A stretch of 64,000 nucleotides of DNA from NCBI GenBank assembly GCA_002633005.1, contig NMRA01000061.1, forward strand, positions 1,055,400-1,119,399, written 5' to 3'. The notes under the pieces are model-generated. The model searched no databases and was not told the DNA's origin. It was given only the letters and a program-made list of their open reading frames with translations. How positions within the stretch are numbered: the stretch's first letter is position 1; the number at the start of each line of letters is the position of its first letter. The translations under genes were made by a program, and so were the position numbers. Of the stretch, positions 38,601 through 50,728 are shown one piece after another. The DNA comes from Phoronis australis. Lineage: Eukaryota; Animalia; Phoronida.

Positions 38601-41600
38601 GTTACAATGGTGAGCTCATCAATAGACCATATAATTTTAGATGCAAAAGAGGACGTCCACCAAATGAATTAGAAGGTGAAACTTACGCAAGTCTGTCATC
38701 CATCGTTAACGCGACAATTAGCACTTTTTCCACTCGAGACTAGACAAATCAATAAATAAGTGAAGATAAAATTTTAACAAAGACTCGCTGAAATTTTGAA
38801 TGTCCATTGCTAGTTATTGGTTTTACGTGAAGAGGGTGGACTATCACCGCATCCGTAGATCAGGTAATAAAAAAGACGATTTTTCACAATAAATGCACAT
38901 ATACAGCTGTGGGCAACTTAGTTTTAACTAAAACTTGATGCAGAAATATCGTTGAAGACAGTAAAAGTTTAATTCAAATAAGAAATTTCAAATACTGCGA
39001 TTACTGTGCTGTAGTACACGCAATACAACACTACCAATCAAAATCCAACAAGGGGCTACAATAGTGTTTTTCAGCGTTGTTTATAGCAAGTGACAAACAA
39101 CGCTCAAAAGTAAAAGGAAAAAAATAAGGTAAAGTCAACAACTTGATTACTGGTTAGATACAGTACAAAGTCCCATCAGGTGATTTGTGTATAGGGTGTG
39201 GGTACAGGTATACACCACGCCTAAATGGCAGTCAGAAACCCAGGAGGTAATCTTCCTGTGGGTGATGAGAAACATTAGGTGCCTGCCCTATGGGGTGATG
39301 AGCAGATTTGTTCAATTTTACGCTCATGTTCAAGAATAGTTTATGTTGGAACGGAGTTCCTTGAAATATGGCTTTGCTGCATGTAGTCAAAGTAGGTAAT
39401 CATTTAACTGATTTAGTTTTGAAATGTCTGTCAATCGAAAGCTAGAGACTTCTTGAGAAGTCAACCATCAAACTTAAAGACAAATTTTACTATAATTCAT
39501 AAATTATTATTAATAAACGAAAAATATTACACAACTTCAAGGCAGTCCACAGACGGCATATTGCAATTATCTGCTAGGTAAACATCAAAAGTAAGACACT
39601 TTGATAAGGAATTTCCTCTTTGTTACAATTTCTACACTTCGTGCCAAAATTGTCCCAAATCATTTCCTGGCTGTCTACCCAGTGGGTACAGTTGGAACCA
39701 GTTTGCCAGAAATCTTTATCAGATGGTGCTGCTTAAGTGTGGGAGTCAGGGCTCAATATTGTGAATTATACAATTTATCAAGAGCTCGGTGTCGCTAAGT
39801 TCTTTCTCTAATTCTTCAGTTTCCTAAAATATGTGATATTTGCAACTTCCAAAAGTAGCGTACATTATGGCTCTGGTATAATGCGGCAGCGAAAGGTAAG
39901 CCTAGAATTATTGTGGGCCAATAAAATCTCAACTTTGGAAATGCACAATTTCTCATGTACAACAAAATCTCATCAATTTAGGAAAAAATGCATCTTCTCA
40001 TTTTTTCCATAAAAAGATGCAGTCGTAGCAACAAATTAACAGCTTACCATGTTCAAGTTATGTAAAGCAGCTAATTTGTGGGCATTAACTAAAATGCTAG
40101 GTCTCGAAAACAGAAAGCGGTAACTTTGGCAATAATTTTTGTCCGAAACTGGAGAAATTTTATCATTTACAACATGAAGCTGACAAATGGTCAGTTCGTC
40201 GAAAACTAGGGTGTCTACTAACATTGCTTGTCCAACCTTAATTTTTGTGTTCGCAACAAATATGAAACGACGACGATATGTACGAAAGCAGGTGTTCATA
40301 TGTTCTGCTAAAAACACCAATTTTCAGCATGTATATGCAATTACGTCAAGTGACTAACATTAAGGGTTGGCCTCCTGTCAATCAAACCAATGAGTGTGCA
40401 AATCGCCCAATGACGGAACTTGAGAGGTTGTCTTCATTGAACATCGAATTGATCTCCAATGAATGTGATACCAATATTTCTCGGGGATATTTTTCTACAG
40501 GGTTACAGGACATCTGGCACTTAGTAAATGAAACGGACCAACACCAGCTGACTAGACAAAGTTAAAAGCCATGACAGGGATATTGTGCAAAATGGAAGAG
40601 ACCATGCAAGTTTAAAAAGTGAACCAAAATAGTAAAACCACTGAAAAGCCATGTCGCTCGAGTCGAAGGAACTAAAATATGCCGTAAAAATTTCTTATCT
40701 TCCAAAGCTGATTATCACCCATTGTTCTTAATTTTCCGTAGCATTTTTCATAATGCAACAAAAACAACAAAAGCTAGGATGATCTGAATAGTTTGTAAGA
40801 TCTGAAACCAGACTACAGTTTTACCTACCCAGAAGTAATGTCCCTAAAACATGTAAAAGCAGGACAGACATTACAGTACCATTTACCAGCTATGACTAGA
40901 TGGGGTGACATGCAGATTGCCAAGTGACCTCAAATTTTGTTTGCCGACCTGGTATCATTTCAAGTCGCCACTAAGTCATTGGAATTTTGCAATTATGAAT
41001 TCATCTGTAAATCGTTTCTAAATTTGTGGTGAGCCATAAGACCTGAACAGAAAATCCGCCATGCAATTCATCCGTCTTTCCATTCAACTGGATGGTACGG
41101 CAAACATTTGACCCTTGCACTTTGGCCTAGTTACAGATTTCCGTTCGTTAATTTTTGTATATTGGCAACTACCTAGCTCATGGAACAGTGCAAATATTTT
41201 GCTTATACCATATTTTAGAAATATGCAATACTGGCAATCTCAATGTACAAATTATGACCATGACGGATGAAGTCGATGTTGCACACTAGGGGATGTATGA
41301 AAACGATGATTCATTGGCTATTTTCAGACAATTTTATCAATTGTCAAGTCTATTTTATGACCCTGTTGATACAAACCACAGAGTCTGATATACAAGAAAT
41401 TTGGTGAATGTCAAAATCACACATGTCCCAATCTTATGAATCACCAAAATTCAATTCAACCTTGAATTTTTTGATGTCCGAAATTTTAGAGACTGTCCCA
41501 AACAGGAGAATAATAACCGTGTCCTCATTCAGTTCCCTAAGCGCAAGGCATGCATCAGTCAGACGCACCCAAGAAGCATAACGCAGACGCAAGAATCTCG

Positions 41601-43580
41601 CTGTGACCTGCATTTATGCGAGTTCTCGTGTTTACGGAACACTGCCCAAGTCCAAATCGAGGAACTAAAAATCAGGGGGTGTATTCATTAACAACAGAAG
41701 GGCATGTGGAGGAATAGATACTAGTCGCTACATGAGCAATAGTAAAATGGAACAAGGGATAAGCACCCATTTAACAGAATCCTGAATGCACTGTTTATTG
41801 GTCACAATAGAGCGAACAGTGTTCTCTATAGAGCTCAAATTCCACAACATGGTGGTGATGCTTCATAGTACTCGGCACTCAGCCAGTAATGACTAAAATT
41901 GAATTGCGTTCAACTGATCACAGGCAATAACCTGCACAACCCCTCAAGACCTGGCTGAAACTGACTGACTTCCACATGTTTTTTTTTTCACTATGTTTTA
42001 GCCACATGCTGAATATACAGTAAAACTTGTCCAAGTTGGACATACGACGTGTCGAATTTTCGCTTAACTCAACAAAATTCCAAGGTACCAGTGATCTAGT
42101 CCCCTCCATAGAGCACTAAAATTTACTCAGACAAAACCTCTCTATCCGTTTGGATCCGATTTATGCAAGTTAAATTGCAATTAAATGAAAAAATAATTTT
42201 TTGTAAAGACCCCAGTGCCAAACTAAAAATACCGATGCTGGGGTTTTAATGTAATACTGCACAAGTACAAAGCCTCAGAACATCTGGAGATGGCAAATGA
42301 ATGGACATCAAAAATGACTTTTTGAATCAAATATCTAACTATTCTGCTTTTAACGTTAAACATTCAGCAATGAATAGATTTTTTCTAATATTAACAAAGG
42401 ACTTTTTTCCTGAAGCACCGCAAAATCAGGAAGAGAAAATATTTAAATCTGTTATCAAATATTTATCAATGGCACAATGGTTTCATTTGGCAGCGTTTCC
42501 TGAACCAGTCAGAGGGCGCTGGAACTGCACAAAATAGACAAATCTAAGTGAAATGAATACAATACATTTTTGTTAATGATTTGCCGAAATAAAATCAAAG
42601 CAAAATTCCGCAAGATTACACGAGATATTGCCATGTTTTATAAATGAGAACACATGATTTTGGCAAGGTCCTACCGTTACTGAACTCTACCCTGACATCA
42701 CTAATCTAATCTAGACCAAGGAAAATGGAACAAAGACCGGATAAATATAGGACTGAATGAAGGAAACTCCTAGCTTCCTTTGTTCAACTAAACACACTTT
42801 AGCCAGTGCCATTGTCTTCAACAAAAAGGAAGGCAATGCCAAACCCCAAACTACGTTTTATTAATGACTCTGAACTCTTATGAACTAACAAATTCCTCAT
42901 CGTGAGTGACTAGAGATCTCCATGCCAAAATCCCTTAATTGGCAAGATACCTGGAGAAATATGCAATAACCATAAGACAACAACAGCTCAAGTGTCTCTA
43001 TTATACATAGTTGTAAAGTTATAGTCTGGCTCTATGGATAGATTGTGTTGCTCACACAATGCCTTTTGTGGACACAATACTAAATATACACAAGGAACTT
43101 TTGTAGCAGCATGTCCTTATCTAAAAATTTACAACGTCATAAAATTGGCAAAAGATGTAACACCCAGAATAGAGGAATACTTGTGTTATCGCCAGTTGGA
43201 ATGAATCATACAGGCTAATTGGGATTCTAAACGTTCCAGACAAAAATAAATGTCCCGATCACCCGCGGCTTTTATGGAATGAAAAATGAATGTAAACCAA
43301 AACAAAGGAAGCATGGTCAAACAGGAAGCCATGATGGATTATAACAAAGGAAACTACATTCGCATGAAATAAATATCAAATAAAATGCATCAAAATGAAG
43401 AAACGACCCCGGCGTGCATCTGCTATCAAATGTCTGTAAGTGAGAAACCATGAGACTGAAAGGAAATTCGATTTTTCGGAAACTTGTAGCCTAACAATGG
43501 TCCCCCGACTTGGCGGGATTTTCGACAACGTGCTTTGCTTTGTTCGACAACTGAGTGTTATTACCATGGTGAAAACTTAC

Positions 43581-43833
43581 CCTGTCTACCGACAATTTCA
43601 GCGACGTGTTCTGAGCTTGGGACAGGAACACACTCTGTCATATTTGCACCTTTTTTCTTTAGTTCCAGTTCATCGCTTGACGGGGAAGAGTTATGGAAGG
43701 AACGAGAATCGTCTGAATGAGTTAATCCATTTGCGAACGATAACTGGGAGAGATCCAGTGCGATTTGAAACGCCCTTTGGTCTTCAATCGTGCCACTGTT
43801 GGCATTCATGTCCGCTATAAGATTCGCTGGCAT
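43581..43833 (-). CDS. MEX3: MEX3 coding exon 1 (MPANLIADM...[21 protein letters not shown])
   Basis: ORF 43561..43833; DQRA.Q.AL.LS.L and [20 protein letters not shown] motifs; phase-1 gtaagt donor joins exon 2 across a 13,978-nt intron; total 514 aa. Confidence 0.96.
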
Positions 43834-43919
43834 TCCAACTTTAAAAGTTTAATTTCCTGTCTGAAAATCTAAAACTGAGGAAGCATAAAAGCCGAACTAT
43901 CGGCGCGGACACTCGTGCA

Positions 43920-44030
43920 CGGAACTGACTGAGAGTATCGCCTCGAAATGATGTCATTTTTACCCACAATACACATGTCGTGACCCAGTTTGTCTCGTGT
44001 TTATTGGTTCAGTTTGGTAGATTGGGCGGA
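43920..44030 (-). promoter_or_regulatory. Putative MEX3 core promoter
   Basis: TCAGTCAGTT initiator-like motif (minus, about 43932-43923) roughly 90 nt upstream of the ATG; CCAAT boxes at 44003-44007 and 44021-44025; GC box at 44024-44029. Confidence 0.55.
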
Positions 44031-47000
44031 GAAAGTCTGGCCATGTGGTTCAGACATCTGGCATCTTTGTTTAGTAGAAATGTCTTCCCGGGTAATCTTC
44101 TTTGTTCAAATCCATCGATTTTCGAATTTTTGAAGAATTCCTTTCTTTAACCTTTGTAAACTTGCCGTCCTTGTTCAGGCGATAATGCACATGGTCAATG
44201 AAAAATCGTAAATGTTGTGAATTGGAAATTGCATCCGTTTGATAGACTCCTGGTGATACCAGGCTCAGGCAACCTTTCATTCATAAAGCTTCAAGTTGAA
44301 AAATGAAATAAAACAAAAAAATATTCATTGTTCACTAACTTTAATAACATTAAATCTTCTAAACTAGAAAATAATTTATTACAAACGGGCGATTATACCT
44401 TTGAATAGCTGGGAATAATATCATTATAGTCCTTGGCTAAACAATTGAAATGTCAGGAGAACACAAATACTTTTCTTTCAGTCTGAAAATTGTGGTTGGT
44501 GCTCCCTCAGCTTTGTGCCTCATAAATCAGCCTCAGGTGACATTTCTATGTTGTAATGAGTACAGTAAAGAGCATCTGGAGGCAGATCAACAAGATCACT
44601 CCACTCTTGAAAGGTACAAAGTTAATTTTCATAGGTGGACATTTTGTATGGTTGACACTGCAACCTTTCCCTGGATCCCTAGTAGATTTCAAATTGCGAT
44701 GTTAGGGAGGCAGATTCCAACCATGTTGTATTTGACAAGTTAGTCAACTAAGTAGCATAAATGATCAAACGATACATTGTATCAAACTAAAATTGTGCAC
44801 ATAGTGTGAATGTATCCATACTGGCATCTGTCAATCAAACAAAATACAGTTACAAAATTACAAAGAAAAATCATAATTGTGTGCTGTGAATGAGTCACAT
44901 TCAACATCATGTCCAATGAAAAATCACGCATTTGTTCCACTGCAAAAGAGGAACAAAGACAATGGTTTTTTGGATGGCATAGTAGGACTTGTAACTTGTA
45001 AGGTGCATAACAAACATACTGCTAGCCCCAGGATTTAGAGAGAAATCTGAAACCAACCTCATACAATCTCCTGTAATCTCCATTTGTGGTACTCCTTTGC
45101 TCACTGTTTACATAATCTTATTTTACTATTTCCTCCTGAGGATGGATGTTGTTATTTTACAGAACTCTCAGACTGGATTTTTTTACAAAAGCTTTCGAAT
45201 AATTTTGTTAATAGCATGCTATGCCAATACTGATAGTAATGTAAACAAGCTTAAAAAAATATTTCTCGTCAGTATAACACATGCTGAAGTGTAAAATAAC
45301 TGTCACCGGATAGTCATTTTCATGAATCGTGGCAATAAAAATGTTGGGTATTACATTTGCCCAGAGTCCAAAATCTTTTCTCATTAATTACCCATACAAT
45401 AGTTAGTTAGTTATTTACGAAAACTGCAGAATTGTCCACTCTCTGTGATTTTTAGAAAATGGCTGATTTGCAGACCAAATAAACAATTTTCAAGGCCAGA
45501 GTTGATAGAAAAACCATCAAATTGTCCTGAAGGTCTGGTACCAGACAATCTATTCACACAAACTTTGAATTGCACGCCACAACTACTGAATCATGTGTGA
45601 GAACCAATCAATCACAATAGAAACTATAACTTCGCACCGGTAATGAACAAAAAATCACACTCGGGAACCACAGCGGACTCTGACAACTGCACAACGACAG
45701 TGAAACAAAAATAAGACGCAGAGACATTTTCAAACTACCGTACATTCTTTCAAGTGGATCGCACACAATCGTGTGATTTTTGCTAGATCAACTTTGTGTT
45801 TTGTTCTTACGATTCTTTTGTTCAGATGTGTGAAGTGAGTAGTGGTGAGGTAAGTCCTCTCATAGTCAAAGTAACCAGTAATCAATGGAAGCTAACTCAG
45901 TAGTAATATAAAGTTAGGTGGAAAATCTACTCTCATACCCCTAAGTTTCACCGACTGTCTATCTCTTAGTGTTCAAGTGTTAAAAATCATTCACTGCTGT
46001 AATTACTTAGAGGATAAATTAATAAGGTCCAGCGAGTGTTAATCGGAATAACCTTGTTTTTGCAAGTACAATGTATCAGAAATTATCCATCACTACATGT
46101 GCAAAAATGACATATATACAACAAGTTGGTCATGTAAATACAGTATTAATTGGGAATTTTTATACCAAACAGAAAATAACGGTTTAATAAGAAAAACAAA
46201 TCGAGGCAGAATTCGAAAAATGACATAACTGTTCAGGCTACAGTATGACAAGCTATCCTGTGATTTTTGAATTTCTAAAGGAAGTTAAAAAATTATGTTC
46301 CCGTCACAAAAACAGTAAAACACTACAGCAATATGAAATGGTTTCACATTGTTCCTTTGTGAAATTGGAAATTATTTTGACAGTTAGTTATTGCTCGAGA
46401 TGGGCTCGACAAGCTGGCTTGTCACGGTGTGTCTTTTGGACGCCAAGCTCGGCCTCAACAAATAGCAGCGAACTGTCAGTTCTTTGCAAATCCAGAAATA
46501 GGTTCTCGTTGAGATTGATTTTACAGTGGTAAGTGGTCTAAAACTCTACTTCCTATACACAATAATGCAGTCTTGTGATTGGCTGGGGGAATGCAACTGA
46601 ATGAACTATTGACCTCAGGTCAGCCATTCACAGTCTGGTACATGTCAGACTGAGGTTAAGTATTCAGTAGGATGCTGTACAATGTATCTTTAATGGTAGA
46701 ATCACATTTTTTAAAATCACTGGCAGAGGTAGAATGTCGCAAAAGACGGCCAATCATGACTTGAGAAGAAAAATGTGTTTTTTATTTGTCCGCACACTAA
46801 ATGTGCTTATGAAAATCTAACGTTACCATATTTATTTATTGACATTTCAAAATTTCAGTAAGCTTTGTCTGTTTAATTATTGTTAAGATCTATCGATATC
46901 TAAACAAAAATATTAATGACAACTTTTCACGTTTTTCTGAAAATATAATCATTTTGAAATTAAAAAACAAACATAGTCACACCTTGGAATACAAACCGAA

Positions 47001-48635
47001 ATGATAAAATCTCACCAATGTTCAACAAGCTGAACAAAAATGTCAAAATTGATCAATTTCATTTCTCAAAGGCTTATGGAAGTGTTGGCAAATCCAACAA
47101 ACTTCCCAAAACATTGTCAGATGGTAGCATTAGTCCAAAACACAGAAATGACAAGTCCTTAATTTGGAGCTACCTATCTTGCAAAAGCCTGCCCCGAACA
47201 AATTTCAGCTCCAAAACGAACGAAACTCTGTCCTTTATGACATATGGTCACGAGTTCTAGGAGAGTGATGCCTTATTCAGGCAAGAAAATACCAACACTT
47301 GCCGATGTTTTATTTCGATTCTTAACACGCTAGTTTGATGTAAACGTTGGCTACCCCCTGGGCGTTTACCAGAATCGACCGCTTGGGTAATTACACATTC
47401 CCAACATCTCTCAATTGTTTTACTTGAATATGCTTGCCTTAAACCTCACTCCCTGTTTTTGGAATTCCTCAATTAAGTGCCCTGTAAGTTAACATGACTG
47501 AGTTCTGTATCTAACACACAAAGGCACCCTGCTTCCTCCATTTAAACATACTTTGGTGAATTTTTTACCAATCAAACAAATCCTACAAATAAATTTTAAT
47601 GAAAAAGTTAATGAACACATCATGGAATGCCCCTCCAAGGCAAAGGTGACCTGTAACGCATGCAAAACCATTCTTACCACTTCCCCACAAGTTCTAAATT
47701 TAAACTGTAATTTCAGCTTGGAATGACACAATAAGGTAAAAATACTTTTACAGATTAAGTTTTCAACAGTCAATTACGTGTTCGGAATGTAAATTTGTGT
47801 GCTGAAAATCAAAAGAGCAGAAATCTACAATTCCTCTGTTTAGTCGAATTGCTCCAATCTCTCGATGAGACTTAGCGGATTGTTCTCCCCGGCCATCATC
47901 AAAAAATTATCAGTGATATTTAATAAATGAAACAAGAAATTGCGAAACTAAAATTAGTGGTAATACGAATAATGTGGAATAAATAATAAAAACATCAAAC
48001 AAAGATAAAGATAAATAAATACAGGTAGTGTAAAATATAAAAAATTAAGAATGTATAAATATGAAAAGCACATGCAAAAATAGATTAAAGTACCAAAAAA
48101 CAGTAATTAATAACATATTAAAATTAAATTGAAATAATTTTTTTGTAAAGAGAGGTACGAAGTCACATACTTCTTTGAATACCCTACTCTTTATTTTCCT
48201 GAATAATAAATAATTTGAATTGTTTTGGACACTGTTGCGATGGCTATAACAATTTACCAGGTGAGGGAAAAGCGTTGGAAAATCCCATATCAATGTTCGT
48301 GCAAACAGACCAAATATTTACATAATTACAAACCTACAAAATCAAAGGTGTTTCAGGATGTTGTCAACAGCGAAAAATTTATTAGGCTGATGCAAAAACA
48401 CGAGAGAATTTTTTAGAATGATTCTACTGGTCACAAGGCTCAAGTAAAGAAAATCAAAATCGTAACAAAAATTCTTTATAACTAAATGTGCCCAATAATT
48501 ATGTATGAAGGTTTCACTTTAAAGCTGCATTTTACCTGTGATATCATTCCAGTAATCGAAGTCGAATCATACACGTGCCATTTTCGAATTCACATTTTTG
48601 GTGTTTACTTAGCCAACCCCAGTGGTCTGTGTACC

Positions 48636-49902
48636 TGATGGTTTTAATATTCTTGTTGATAACAAAAACCGAATTCCGTCATGGAAAGGAATATTACAAC
48701 ATTGATTTTATGAGAGTAAAAAGCTTAATTCAAATTTCATTTTTTTCACCAGCAAAAACGAGGGTAAATTTAGCTTTAGCAATTCAAAAATAACATTACT
48801 ATGTGAAAACAGTTTGCGACTATGGAGACGCCAGAAGATCAAAAACTGCACTTATCGAAAGGTCCCTACAGACGTTCCCCAGCAGTCAACTTGTTTACAT
48901 AACAAATTCAAACTTGTTACAATTCCCTTGGACCCCGCATCCCAAGAGAACCCAGTGCACATAATAAGGTACCGTTATGAAGTAGTGGAGAACCACAAGT
49001 ACTGGAAGATTCCACTTGGTATCTCCAGCAGCTCCAGAAATGAACTAATGACCATCCCATGTTGAAGGCTCAGGTGGCAAGACACTAACTTGCATAACAT
49101 CAATAATGAAATTTCTTTAGGGTAATTAAGCCAGGGAAATAACCGGGGTTCCTTAGGAAGGTTGCCAACAAGCGATGAAGAAATTTGTTAGGAAGGCAGC
49201 ANTTTCATTAGACATCATCAGGATCATATTTACAACAATTTAGGACAACAAGTGCCAACATACAGCTCAGGTAACATCCATAGAGTGAAGTGAGAGATAC
49301 ATAGAATATTTTATTTGTGCGGCGATCGTCCGGTTTTTGATGGTTTTGATATTCTTGTTGATAACAAAAACGGAAATCCGTCACGGAAAGGATTATTACA
49401 ACACTGATTTTATGAGAGTAAAAAGCTTAATTCAAATTTCATTTTTTCACCAGCAAAAACGAGGCGAAATTTAGCTTTAGCAATTCAAAAATAACATTAC
49501 TATGTGAAAACAGTTTGCGACTATGCAGACGCCAGAAGATCAAAAACTGCACTTATCAAAAGGTCCCTACAGACGTTCCCCAGCAGTCAACTTGTTTACA
49601 CAACAAATTCAAACTTGTTACAATTCCCTTGGACCCCACATCCCAAGAGAACCCAGTGCACGTAATAAGGTACCGTTATGAAGTAGTGGAGAACCACATG
49701 TACCGGGAGATTCCACTTGGTATCTCCAGCAGCTCCAGAAATGAACTAATGACCATCCCATGTTGAAGGCTCAGGTGGCAAGACACTAACTTGCATAACA
49801 TCAATAATGAAATTTCTTTAGGGTAATTAAGCCAGGGAAATAACCGGGGTTCCTTAGGAAGGTTGCCAACAAGCGATGAAGAAATTTGTTAGGAAGGCAG
49901 CA
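48636..49902. repeat. Near-identical about 565-nt duplication (48636-49201 and 49338-49902) either side of a single N; probably uncollapsed alleles
   Basis: ORFs 48814..49065 and 49515..49766 are near-identical at offset 701; copy 1 ends exactly at the N (49202). Confidence 0.85.
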
Positions 49903-50424
49903 AAAAAGTGGGGTCGATTTAATTTTTTTCGAAAACGTCAGAACATTACATAGTGCCGCATGAGCTTGACGCAAAAAGGCGAAGATTCACTAGGTGGGGT
50001 TTGTGAAATTGGTGCAATGTGTGTTTAGATGATAACGTGGGAACCTAATCTCACAAGCCCTGTGCCCACACAGGTCAACAACTTTTCGTCCTCTCAAGTA
50101 ATAAAAATATTAATATCGGCTCCCTCATTAGCATCAAGCAATGAGCACCGAGTCTCCCACTGATAAGATCTATAAAGTTGTATGGTTTAGAAAAGTTGGT
50201 ATTTAATACAACTTTCAGCACATTTTTGTTACACCTTCAATATTCACAAGTATATCAAAGTTTCCTCAAATTCAAACAAAAATAATTCGCAAAATTATAA
50301 TTTTTCAAAATTTCACTGCATTGTTTAAAACATCCAAATTTCACCGTGTGCTTGTTGATGAAAGCTGTACAATGGTATATACTGTGGAAATAATCAAATT
50401 ATCATTCAGGACCTTATTGGTACA

Positions 50425-50728
50425 TTTAGCCAAATATATACTAAACTATACAATTTTACACAGCAAAAGTAAATATTTTATGAAAGCAGAAAGTTCATAG
50501 ATTGAATGTGATTTTTGATTCTATACCAATCTGCCATTAATAAGGTCATGTGACTATGCTTTTTTAAGAAAAGTTTAGCCAAATATATACAAAACTATAC
50601 AATTTTACACAGCAAAAGTATATATTTTATGAAAGCAGAAAGTTCATAGATTGAATGTGATTTTTGATTCTATACCAATCTGCCATTAATAAGGTCATGT
50701 GACCATGCTTTTTTAAGAAAAGTTTAGC
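50425..50728. repeat. Tandem duplication, 149-nt unit, two copies
   Basis: tttagccaaatatatac...tttttaagaaaag repeated with about three substitutions. Confidence 0.9.

Noticed and set aside
46384-46535. Apparent plus-strand exon ending at a GTAAGT donor
   Set aside because: The donor lies within a dispersed repeat motif (ttgaga...ggtaagtggtctaaa, also near 30000 and 33260), and the peptide is unrecognisable.
48814-49766. Two near-identical 83-aa ORFs resembling a gene pair
   Set aside because: They result from the duplication at the assembly gap, start at TTG, and show no recognisable protein similarity.
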